Shown: positions 1-7,950 of the stretch, one piece after another
Position numbering within the stretch: position 1 is the first letter of the stretch
Layout: every line of letters starts with the position of its first letter
Assembly: GCA_050178385.1 (NCBI GenBank)
Contig: JBFXGD010000081.1
Span: 1 to 14,538, forward strand
From: Calditrichaceae bacterium
GTDB lineage: Bacteria; Calditrichota; Calditrichia; Calditrichales; JBFXGD01
Length of the DNA stretch: 14,538 bases
Reading direction: 5' to 3'
The notes under the pieces: generated by a model
The model's database searches: none
What the model saw: only the letters and a program-made list of their open reading frames with translations
Told to the model about the DNA's origin: nothing
Translations under genes and position numbers: made by a program

Positions 1-1194
1 ATTGTTGACAACCTTCTGGTAAAAAAATGTCTTGCCTGTCACTTTAACGCTTCCGGAAAAGATGACCAGCCGGGTAAGATAAGAGCAGGTGGATGCGCGT
101 CGTGTCATATTCCCTTTGATCAGAAAAGTGGTAAACCCCTGCATGGCCATAAAATGCAAAAAAAAGTTGAGGATGAAACCTGTCTGACATGTCATTCAAA
201 TAATCATATCGGCGGGGACTATTATGGCTATTTTGAACATGATTATCATCAGGAATACGCGACGCCATACGGAAGTCAACCTAAATTTGGCGCGTATCAG
301 CATCGTCTGACGACCGATGTACATCAGCTGGCCGGGATGACTTGTCTTGACTGCCACTCATCGCATCGTGTTATGAATAACTCACAGATTCAAAATTTTG
401 ATGGTCAGTCCCCGGACATCAGGTGCGAAAACTGCCATGGTGGATTCAATGCATCGCCACTTCGGGATGATGCCAAAAAATTTAATAAAGATATCATATC
501 ACATAAAGATTTTCATGCCGATTTGACCTGCAGTTCGTGTCATGCCCAATGGTCCTATCAGGATTATGGTCTTCATCTTTTTCTGGATGAAACCAAACAT
601 TATGAATTATGGGAAAATTTAATCTGGCAGGGAGATAAATCGGTCATCACTTTATTGACCGACATGTTTCTGATTACACCGGCAGAACGCCCGACTGCTC
701 ATTCACCAAATCGATTAACCGGTGTGGAATCAACCGGAATCTGGTACAAAGGCTGGTCATTCAGGCGCTGGGAAGATCCCATTCTTGGAATAAATCCCGA
801 TGGTAAATATTCGATTATCCGGCCACTATATCAGTATTATATAACGTATGTTGATTCCAGTGAAAATTTGTGGCTTGATTCGGTTATTCCTAAAAGGTCC
901 GACGGACGCCCCGGCTGGTCATGGGATACTTATACGCCCCACACAACCGGAAAGCACGGGCGAAGCTGTGAAAGCTGTCATGGAAATACAAAGGCGGCGG
1001 GATTGGGAATTCGCAATGCCTTTTCGGACTCCGTTTCAAATTCCGTAACAATACCGACAGAACCTGTAATTCCGGGGAGCCGGCTGTTAAACAAAAACGA
1101 ACAGAAAAGACTGTTGGAAAAATCAGCAAATTACAAAAAGTGGCGGACACGGGCATTCAAGACAGAAGGCATAGAAGAATTATTCAACAAATAA
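1..1194 (+). CDS. Multiheme c-type cytochrome, 5'-truncated by the window edge
   Basis: Frame 1 is open from base 1 (IVDNLLVKKCLACH...GGCASCH...) into the listed 154..1194 ORF. Seven CxxCH motifs are visible: CLACH, CASCH, CLTCH, CLDCH, CENCH, CSSCH, CESCH. Stop TAA at 1192-1194. Confidence 0.9.
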   Translation: MVDNLLVKKCLACHFNASGKDDQPGKIRAGGCASCHIPFDQKSGKPLHGHKMQKKVEDETCLTCHSNNHIGGDYYGYFEHDYHQEYATPYGSQPKFGAYQHRLTTDVHQLAGMTCLDCHSSHRVMNNSQIQNFDGQSPDIRCENCHGGFNASPLRDDAKKFNKDIISHKDFHADLTCSSCHAQWSYQDYGLHLFLDETKHYELWENLIWQGDKSVITLLTDMFLITPAERPTAHSPNRLTGVESTGIWYKGWSFRRWEDPILGINPDGKYSIIRPLYQYYITYVDSSENLWLDSVIPKRSDGRPGWSWDTYTPHTTGKHGRSCESCHGNTKAAGLGIRNAFSDSVSNSVTIPTEPVIPGSRLLNKNEQKRLLEKSANYKKWRTRAFKTEGIEELFNK

Positions 1195-1227
1195 AAAAAG
1201 CAGAGCAGAAAATATCTGCCCTGCTTT
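1193..1227 (-). terminator. Intrinsic terminator between convergent genes, possibly bidirectional
   Basis: Minus strand reads AAAGCAGGGCAGA-TATTT-TCTGCTCTGCTTT followed by a T-run: a 13-bp stem with one G-U pair, just after the rhodanese stop. Confidence 0.8.
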
Positions 1228-1235
1228 ATGTAATT

Positions 1236-1862
1236 TTAACATCCCTCATCGCGTTTTTTCTTAGGCATTCTGATTGATCTTTTTACCGGAGCGGGTTCTT
1301 CTATCTTTACTTCGGATGAAGTGGCAACCGCCGTTCCCATCATTACCGGACCGGCTGCTTTGCGGAACTGGTATGTAAAAAGTTCATCATCCGTATATGC
1401 CCCTTCCGGCGGATTAGGATTGCTAAATACATCAACCCAGTAATTCATGCCGCCTGAGAGTATATAGACTTCCTTGTATCCCAGTTGTTTCATAAAAATC
1501 CATGTCTGTGAAGCATTTGTATTCCCGTTTGATGTAAGAATCAGCATTTTATTCGCGTAGATATAATCCCTGCTCTCTGCGTCCACAAGTTTTTCAAGCG
1601 GAATACTGACACTGCCGGGTATATGATATTTTGTATAGTCATCCTTTGACCGTACATCAATCACCTGAAAACCGGGATCTTTATCAATAATCCAGTGCGC
1701 CAGGTCCTCCGGCTGAACAAAATCTTTTTTGGTTGTGATTTCTTTTATCAGTTGTTCGGCTGTTACCGGTTTGCGGCTCATCTTGTCCACCGGTGAAAAT
1801 GCGAGAATCAGACCTAATAATATTAACAAACCAAAACCAAGTGTTTTACTTGAAAATGTCAT
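1236..1862 (-). CDS. Membrane-anchored rhodanese-fold protein, catalytic Cys absent, C-terminal ...KKKRDEGC
   Basis: Rhodanese motifs VIDVR, HIPGS and LSGGMNYW; N-terminal hydrophobic helix. ATG at 1862 overlaps the upstream TAA (TAATG) and has a GGAG SD, so it is preferred over the 1898 start. Confidence 0.85.
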   Translation of the reverse strand: MTFSSKTLGFGLLILLGLILAFSPVDKMSRKPVTAEQLIKEITTKKDFVQPEDLAHWIIDKDPGFQVIDVRSKDDYTKYHIPGSVSIPLEKLVDAESRDYIYANKMLILTSNGNTNASQTWIFMKQLGYKEVYILSGGMNYWVDVFSNPNPPEGAYTDDELFTYQFRKAAGPVMMGTAVATSSEVKIEEPAPVKRSIRMPKKKRDEGC

Positions 1863-2452
1863 TATACCGTCTCCTTCCTGAACTTTCTCTCCAACCATTC
1901 ACCGCCGTAAAACATACCTACGGCCATCAGAATTACAAGAAGTCCGACAACACCGGTTGAAAGACCAAAGAAATCTGTCAGTTTCGCGTTACCCATAAAA
2001 CCGGCATAATAGAACTCTTCGATGAACGGGAACATTTCCCCAAACACAAACATGCCGAATAACGCGCCCAAAATATAGACGTAGCCATCAATTCTCCCCG
2101 TCGCCGCGCCGACAATTGATGTACCCGGACAATATCCGCCGATCGCAAAACCGACTCCTAAAATAAGACCACCTATTGTCTGAGCCCATATATAGGTTGG
2201 ATTAATATATACTTTTTCGATATCCAGATAGCCAAACAAGGTCATATACATCATTCCGAGCATCGCCACAAGGATGGCCGTAAACATGACTTTTAGTACC
2301 GTCATATCTTCGAAATAAAATTGAAGCGCTAATTTACGGCTGTCACCAAAACCGGCTCTTTCCAGCCAGAAACCAAAACTGATACCAAGAATCAAAGCGA
2401 TAATAAAGCTTGTCTGTTCTCCGAAAAATCCCATTTTAAAGAAGGGTGCCAT
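1862..2452 (-). CDS. YeeE/YedE-family sulfur-compound transporter (GYCPGT half)
   Basis: Gly-rich hydrophobic protein with GFWLERAGF and GGLILGVGFAIGGYCPGTS motifs. ATG at 2452 has GGAG 6 nt upstream. Confidence 0.88.
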   Translation of the reverse strand: MAPFFKMGFFGEQTSFIIALILGISFGFWLERAGFGDSRKLALQFYFEDMTVLKVMFTAILVAMLGMMYMTLFGYLDIEKVYINPTYIWAQTIGGLILGVGFAIGGYCPGTSIVGAATGRIDGYVYILGALFGMFVFGEMFPFIEEFYYAGFMGNAKLTDFFGLSTGVVGLLVILMAVGMFYGGEWLERKFRKETV

Positions 2453-2528
2453 AGTTATCTCCATCTTTTTAAATTCTGAGAAGATCTTATACTCTTATCA
2501 GATCATATTCTAATTGACAATCATTCAA

Positions 2529-3032
2529 TTATAACCACTGTCTCCGTACAAAGTAAGCGGTCATATAACCGCCGACGAAAATCATCAGCATAAATACCCA
2601 GCCGCCGAGAGCAAGAGTTGCCCCACCTGTAAGCGCCAGACCACTGGTGCATCCGCGTGCCAGACGCGCCGCAAATCCCATTAAAGCGCCACCGCCAAAG
2701 GCAAGAGCCAATCGTCCTTTATTTGAAATATTCGGACCTTTGCCAATCTTAAATTTCAGACGTCCCGCGAGTGCTCCGGATATAAATCCGCCGATAATGA
2801 CACCGATTACTTCAAAAATCAGCCAGTTAGATAATGGATTATTTGCATATTTGCTAAAGTATGGATTAGCTGCCACATGATCAGCGGCGAACAGATTCAG
2901 AAACCATACTTCAAACCTCATCGCCGCGCCGGAAGCGCCCAATCCCCTCCCCATAATCACAAAAGCCAGTAACAGTGTAATTCCCAGACCAATTCCTGAT
3001 AAATAAGGTGACCAATACTTTTGTTCTTTCAT
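2529..3032 (-). CDS. YeeE/YedE-family sulfur-compound transporter (GCTSG half)
   Basis: WSPYLSG N-terminus, GLGASG, and GGALMGFAARLARGCTSG motifs typical of the family; GAGG SD upstream. Confidence 0.9.
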   Translation of the reverse strand: MKEQKYWSPYLSGIGLGITLLLAFVIMGRGLGASGAAMRFEVWFLNLFAADHVAANPYFSKYANNPLSNWLIFEVIGVIIGGFISGALAGRLKFKIGKGPNISNKGRLALAFGGGALMGFAARLARGCTSGLALTGGATLALGGWVFMLMIFVGGYMTAYFVRRQWL

Positions 3033-3168
3033 TTTTTGATTCCTCTCGTTAAAACCCGGAATTATTCTTTCTATTTATTTTACAGAACCATTTTTTACTT
3101 TGGGCTCGGATTTCCTTACCCCTAATCTTAATTTTAACAATTCTTATTTCAGACACAGCATACTGTGT

Positions 3169-3260
3169 GCTCTCTTCTCTCTTCTCTCTTTTTGCTCTTC
3201 TCTCTTTTCTTTTATCTTTTATCTTTCCCTTCTCACTTCCTACTTCCTACTTCTTACTTC
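3169..3260. repeat. Degenerate tandem heptamer tract (CTTCTCT / CTTTTAT / CTTCCTA / CTTCTTA)
   Basis: Read directly: pyrimidine-rich 7-nt periodicity ending in cttcctacttcctacttcttacttc. Confidence 0.85.
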
Positions 3261-3263
3261 TTT

Positions 3264-3356
3264 GTCTGAACTCTGATTCGTCTGATTAAATGAAAACTCT
3301 GATTTCCAATTTCTTAATCATCCAAATCATTTAATCATTTTAATCCCGTTTCAGAC
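3264..3356. repeat. 93-bp interrupted palindrome, REP/MITE-like, with ends GTCTGAA...TTCAGAC
   Basis: The 41-nt arms (3264-3304 and 3316-3356) match in ungapped register in blocks GTCTGAA, GATT, TGATTAAATGA and TGATT, around an 11-nt loop. Confidence 0.8.
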
Positions 3357-3360
3357 CGTT

Positions 3361-3435
3361 CTTAATCTTTTTTCTTTTTTCTTTTATCTTTTTTCTTAAC
3401 CTTCTTACTTCTTACTTCCTACTTCCTACTTCTTC
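3361..3435. repeat. Second degenerate tandem heptamer tract
   Basis: CTTTTTT/CTTTTAT units followed by cttcttacttcttacttcctacttcctacttc, immediately after the psrC stop codon. Confidence 0.85.
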
Positions 3436-3441
3436 TTTCCC

Positions 3442-4395
3442 CTACTCCAAAAACTTATACAACCATCTCGAAGTCTGCCCGGCGTCAACAACGATGAATC
3501 TTAGAATAAATCCGCCCAGAAGGACAAGCAAGGCCGGAATTTGCAGAGGGATTTTCACGCCGCGAAGTTCCAGAAGTTCTACAATAAGCGGGACAAGAAG
3601 CCCTAATCCGACGATAAACGTCCAAAACACAGCGGTGTATGGTCCGCCAAGAAAAAGTTCCGCAGCCTGAATATGGACTTCGGTGCTTGCCAGAAATCCC
3701 ATAAACATATGAACGATCAAGAATAACTCCGTCCCGATCAGGGTTAAATCAATCTGACTGAATCTCTTCTTCTCATCGTGAGATTTTGACAGCAAAATAA
3801 TGAATGCTGTCCCTGTGGATAGGCCGGAAACCAGAAATAGCGGCCCGAGTATCGATGTGTTCCAGAATGGACGCGCATTAAAAGCGGAAAGCAGAATCCC
3901 GGTGTACATGCCGAGAATCAATGCCAGGATCATGACTGACCAGGCCAGAACTTTGCGGTATTGTTTTAACAAATCAGCGCTTATTTGCAGTATTTTGTAT
4001 TTCCAGTCCCATTTTGGAAAAACATCCTCAATCCAGGTTGCGATCCAAAGTATGGAGAGTGGAAAGATTAAAAGAAGCGTCCACGCGCCCCAGGACATTG
4101 GTGACTCAAACCGGACCGTCGTGTACAGTCTCCAAAAATAAAGTTTATGCGACAGATCAAGAAATAACGCCAGCAAACCGATTGATAAAAATACCGGAAC
4201 AAATAACGGCGCTATTTTTACCGCCGTCGGGTAGTCATTCTGACGACCGCGGATATAATAAAGAGTTGAAAAGAACAGAATACCGGCAACAAGCCCTCCA
4301 AGAAACAGGTAAACAGGGATTTCCCAACCCCATGCATGAAGCACAGGATCAATACCCGGATTCATTCTCCCTGATGTGATGGTTATTTCTTTCAT
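3442..4395 (-). CDS. psrC: Polysulfide reductase membrane subunit (NrfD/PsrC family)
   Basis: WGWEIPVYLFLGG, LFLDL, SPMSWGAW and YTGILLS...RPFWN motifs; many TM helices; follows psrAB. Confidence 0.92.
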   Translation of the reverse strand: MKEITITSGRMNPGIDPVLHAWGWEIPVYLFLGGLVAGILFFSTLYYIRGRQNDYPTAVKIAPLFVPVFLSIGLLALFLDLSHKLYFWRLYTTVRFESPMSWGAWTLLLIFPLSILWIATWIEDVFPKWDWKYKILQISADLLKQYRKVLAWSVMILALILGMYTGILLSAFNARPFWNTSILGPLFLVSGLSTGTAFIILLSKSHDEKKRFSQIDLTLIGTELFLIVHMFMGFLASTEVHIQAAELFLGGPYTAVFWTFIVGLGLLVPLIVELLELRGVKIPLQIPALLVLLGGFILRFIVVDAGQTSRWLYKFLE

Positions 4396-4445
4396 TTTTA
4401 TTCTCCAGAAATTTTAATTACAATTCCTAAAAACCGGCTCAAATT

Positions 4446-4982
4446 TTACAGCAGATAATAAACATGAGGTTTTGTACCTGCTTCCGGGATCAGTGTCTTA
4501 TTTTTTCTTGTACGGATTGCTTTTGAGATTTCGCTGTTCGGATCATCCAAATCTCCGAAAATCATCGCGTGTGTCGGACATACGCTCACGCATGCGGGAT
4601 CTTTACCGTCTTTTACTCTGTGAATACAGAACGTACATTTGTCCACATAGCCTTCCGGATGAACAAATCTTGCATCATAAGGACAGGAAGCGATACACGC
4701 TTTACAACCGATGCATTCCTCATGAGTTACCAGAACAACGCCTCCTTCTTCATAATGACTGGCGCTGGTCGGGCATGAACGCACACAGGGCGCGTCTTCA
4801 CAGTGATTGCATCGTTCCGATCGGATTTCAAGTTGTAATTCCGGATAGACACCGGTCATTTCCTCAACAATCCAGTCTTTGCAGTATCCTATCGGAACAT
4901 TATTTTCTGTCTGGCAGGCAACGACACAGTCGGCGCAACCTACACAGCGTTTTGTATCTATAGCCATTGCATATCGAGACAT
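4446..4982 (-). CDS. psrB: 4Fe-4S dicluster subunit (PsrB/NrfC/DmsB family)
   Basis: Four Cys groups: CVGCADCVVAC, CNHCEDAPCVRSCP, CIGCKACIASCP, KCTFC...PACVSVCP. Its start abuts the psrA stop. Confidence 0.95.
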   Translation of the reverse strand: MSRYAMAIDTKRCVGCADCVVACQTENNVPIGYCKDWIVEEMTGVYPELQLEIRSERCNHCEDAPCVRSCPTSASHYEEGGVVLVTHEECIGCKACIASCPYDARFVHPEGYVDKCTFCIHRVKDGKDPACVSVCPTHAMIFGDLDDPNSEISKAIRTRKNKTLIPEAGTKPHVYYLL

Positions 4983-7193
4983 TTACGCTACCTCCCTCTT
5001 AAAGGTGACAAAATTGACACGCATCCCCGTGCCTCCCATAATCGGATCAACTTTAACCCTGCTGATCAGTCCCGTGTCATTTGCACCCTTATTATAAGAA
5101 CGGGTCATCTGCTTCTGTGTATGGCCGAATCCATGAACCATATAGACTGAATCATGACGAATTCTTTCGGTCACTTTTACGCGAATTTTGTTGGATGTGA
5201 CACCATCCTGATTTTCCAACATAATATATTGTCTGTTTTTAATTCCCCATTGTTTCGCGATTTTCGGATTTATCCAAACTTCATTTTCTTCCATCAGATC
5301 ATTTAGGTTCGGATTGTTTGCTGTCCTGCCGAAAGTATGCATCGGCGCCCGTCCATAGAGCAGGCGGTAGTAGTTTTCCGGCGGCTCTTCATGCGCGGTA
5401 TATTGTGGAATTGGATCAAAACCGGCATCGGCAAGCATGGTAGAATATAATTCTATTTTTCCGGTAGGAGTGGCGAATTCATAGTCTTCACCATTGAGAA
5501 AATAGAGATCATATTCATTCTCAAACCGCTTAACGCCAATCTTTTTCATTTCTTTAAGGCTGCTGCCGATGGTCTTGAGACGCTGATCAATATGTTTTTC
5601 CATGGTCTCGGCCGGAAAATATTGCTGAAGTCCCAGTCTCTTTGACAATTCCCTGGCCATCCAGTATGCGGGTTTTGTATTAAATTGGGGCTCGAATGCC
5701 GGCGCGCGTAAGGCGATGGTGGGAACGCGTGCCGGAGAGATTCTTATGTCATCGTAACGTTCCAGATATGTGCATTCAGGAAGCACAACATCCGCCCAAC
5801 CGGTAATTTCCGCGGGCATGATATCGATCGCCACCAGCAGTTCAAGACTCTGAATTGCCTCCAGCGTTTTTTTCGGCTCCGGAAGCGTCAGCGGCAAATT
5901 AGTCCCGTAAACAAACCACCCTTTAAAACTGCAGTCGCGCTCGGGCGCGGGAATTGTTGCGTCACAGATTCCGGATGATAAGGCCAGATTGGCCAGCGGA
6001 AACTTACCGGGGAATGCGTCTTTCCAGCTCTTATTAGTTGCAGGAAATGGAGGTAATTTGGCCGTTGCGAGATGAGCTTTCGCCGGAACATAAAATCCTC
6101 CCCGGCGTCCCCATGAGCCAAGAAGAGCGTTTAGAATTGCTCCCGCCCTGACACGCTGAGTATCATCACCGTACCATGTAACATGGCGTCCCGGATGCAC
6201 TAATGTAGCGGGCGCATTCTTACCCATTTCCCTGGCCGTTTCCCGGATAACGTCCGGTTTAATTGTTGTTAACGAGTATGCCCACTCGGGTGTTTTATCT
6301 TTTACCGCGGCTTTTAATTGTTCAAAACCATAGGTATATTTTTCAACATATTTTTTATCGTATAATTCTTCATATATAATGACATGTATCCAGGCAAGAA
6401 GTAAAGCGATATCCGTTCCGGGTTTTATCGGAAGCCAATATTTTGATTTACTGGCGGCAGTTGAAAATCTGGGATCAACCGTGATAACTGACGCGCCTTT
6501 TGCCACCGCTTCAGAGAATTCCTGAACCTGACCGTTATGCATATTTTCGCCGATGTGAGAGCCTATCAGAACAATGCATTTACTGTTAGCGATATCGGTT
6601 CTCTCAGGAGAGCCGACCGCTTCGCCAAAAGTAAGCATGTATGCTTCTTCACGAGGGCCACGGCACTGAGCGTATGACGGAGCGGCAATATTGTTTGAGC
6701 CAAATCCCCGCAACAATGTTTTAAAATAGTCACCGCCGGAACCGTGTGTAAACAAGGCGACGCATTCCGGACCGTGATTTTCTTTAATATCAGTCATTTT
6801 TTCAGCGATATAGTCGAATGCCTCTTCCCAGGATGCTTCACGAAACACCTGTTTTCCACGCTCTTCAACCCTAATTAGCGGTGTTTTTAAACGATCAGGA
6901 TCGTTATACGTGCCAATACCGCCTGTCCCACGAGGGCAAAACCGCCCGTTACTGTTAGGATCATCCGGATTCCCCACTATCTTCCAGGGTTTGTTATCTT
7001 TTTTATAAACCCATCCGGCGCATTTCCAGAAACAGATTTCGCAGTAAGTCGGGGTTCTGTCCATCGCCCCCTCCGTAACCGCACCAAGCGAACCAAAATC
7101 CAACGCGTGCAGCATGGAGGAACCAACCATCACCCCTCCGGTGCCAACACCCATTATTTTGATAAATTCGCGTCTGTCGAATTTCTTAGCCAT
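4983..7193 (-). CDS. psrA: Molybdopterin oxidoreductase catalytic subunit, PsrA/PhsA/SrrA clade (polysulfide/thiosulfate reductase-like)
   Basis: Tat motif DRREFIK; FS0 motif CEICFWKC-x27-C; putative Mo-ligand Cys in APSYAQCRGP; WADVVLPECTYLER; C-terminal molydopterin-binding domain. The exact substrate cannot be determined from sequence. Confidence 0.9.
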   Translation of the reverse strand: MAKKFDRREFIKIMGVGTGGVMVGSSMLHALDFGSLGAVTEGAMDRTPTYCEICFWKCAGWVYKKDNKPWKIVGNPDDPNSNGRFCPRGTGGIGTYNDPDRLKTPLIRVEERGKQVFREASWEEAFDYIAEKMTDIKENHGPECVALFTHGSGGDYFKTLLRGFGSNNIAAPSYAQCRGPREEAYMLTFGEAVGSPERTDIANSKCIVLIGSHIGENMHNGQVQEFSEAVAKGASVITVDPRFSTAASKSKYWLPIKPGTDIALLLAWIHVIIYEELYDKKYVEKYTYGFEQLKAAVKDKTPEWAYSLTTIKPDVIRETAREMGKNAPATLVHPGRHVTWYGDDTQRVRAGAILNALLGSWGRRGGFYVPAKAHLATAKLPPFPATNKSWKDAFPGKFPLANLALSSGICDATIPAPERDCSFKGWFVYGTNLPLTLPEPKKTLEAIQSLELLVAIDIMPAEITGWADVVLPECTYLERYDDIRISPARVPTIALRAPAFEPQFNTKPAYWMARELSKRLGLQQYFPAETMEKHIDQRLKTIGSSLKEMKKIGVKRFENEYDLYFLNGEDYEFATPTGKIELYSTMLADAGFDPIPQYTAHEEPPENYYRLLYGRAPMHTFGRTANNPNLNDLMEENEVWINPKIAKQWGIKNRQYIMLENQDGVTSNKIRVKVTERIRHDSVYMVHGFGHTQKQMTRSYNKGANDTGLISRVKVDPIMGGTGMRVNFVTFKREVA

Positions 7194-7641
7194 TACCTTT
7201 TGCCCTCCAATATTTCTTCAGGATCATTTTTATATTGGTACAATTATTTGATTGCGTATAAACCGGACACAGACTACAGTCCTCATTGATGCAAATTTCA
7301 GCTTTATTTTCAACCATCCAGCAGGGTGAGTTGGATTCATAATAGGCATCGCAACTCTGGCGCTCTTCGAGGGAACATGGTTTTAGCTCCCAGCAGGGAA
7401 TGGCTGACAACATCATACGGATTCCCGCCAGATTAAGTCCTTTTTCATCGAGCATATCCCTGATACAGTGGATACGGTCAAGATCAACCTCCGTAAACAG
7501 TCGATGTCCGCCCTTACTTTTATGAGGAATAATTAATCCCTCCGCTTCATATAGTCGGAGTGTCGCCACAGAGATATCAAAAATTTTGGCAACCATCCCT
7601 ATGGGATACAGTACATTTTTTTGACTTTTTTTCTCTTCCAT
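7186..7641 (-). CDS. MerR/HspR-like transcriptional regulator with C-terminal Cys-rich CW..CW domain
   Basis: YPIGMVAK...TLRLYEAEGLIIP..GGHRLF MerR HTH, then GLNLAGI, then CWELKPC...C...PCW...C...CSLCPVY...C. Overlaps the psrA start by 8 nt. Confidence 0.9.
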   Translation of the reverse strand: MEEKKSQKNVLYPIGMVAKIFDISVATLRLYEAEGLIIPHKSKGGHRLFTEVDLDRIHCIRDMLDEKGLNLAGIRMMLSAIPCWELKPCSLEERQSCDAYYESNSPCWMVENKAEICINEDCSLCPVYTQSNNCTNIKMILKKYWRAKGNG

Positions 7642-7695
7642 TTTCTTAACCTATAGTTTATGCTATAGAAATATCTACATTGTTTGATATAGATT

Positions 7696-7712
7696 TACAA
7701 AAATCGTACCAG
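7696..7712 (-). promoter_or_regulatory. Sigma54-like -24/-12 promoter for the merR-psr operon
   Basis: CTGGTACGATTTTTGTA: GG-N10-GT against the consensus TGGCACG-N4-TTGC, about 55 nt upstream of the merR ATG. Confidence 0.55.
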
Positions 7713-7884
7713 AAAAAATGTTGGGCGTCGATGCTTGTGAAATATGATACTATAAAGGCTTAGGAGAATAAACGAACTGATTTTCATCTCAAATTTAAGA
7801 ATGGCGGGAATATATTTTGCAGTTTTGAGAATGGATTCACATTTAGAAGAGATGAGTGACGGTAAATCACAGAAAATAATTATA

Positions 7885-7912
7885 ACAAAAAAAGGAGCAT
7901 CTCTGCTCCTTT
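7885..7912 (-). terminator. Intrinsic terminator of the 7951-8403 gene
   Basis: Minus strand AAAGGAGCA-GAGA-TGCTCCTTT then TTTTGTT: a perfect stem with a GNRA loop and U-tract. Confidence 0.85.
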
Positions 7913-7950
7913 ATAAAATCAAAATTTACTTTGATAAAATTGCCGCCTGA

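Noticed and set aside
3169..3435. CRISPR array
   Set aside because: The units are 7-nt tandem repeats without 25-45 nt repeats separated by unique spacers, and there are no cas genes.
2647..5097. Plus-strand ORFs (2647, 3800, 4014, 4472, 4569, 4879)
   Set aside because: They are antisense to well-supported yeeE/psr genes and show no recognisable motifs.
1236..7641. Selenocysteine recoding in PsrA, YeeE or the rhodanese
   Set aside because: The putative PsrA Mo ligand is TGC (Cys), the rhodanese loop codon is TCA, and the operon genes end in TAA or TAG. No in-frame TGA interrupts a domain.
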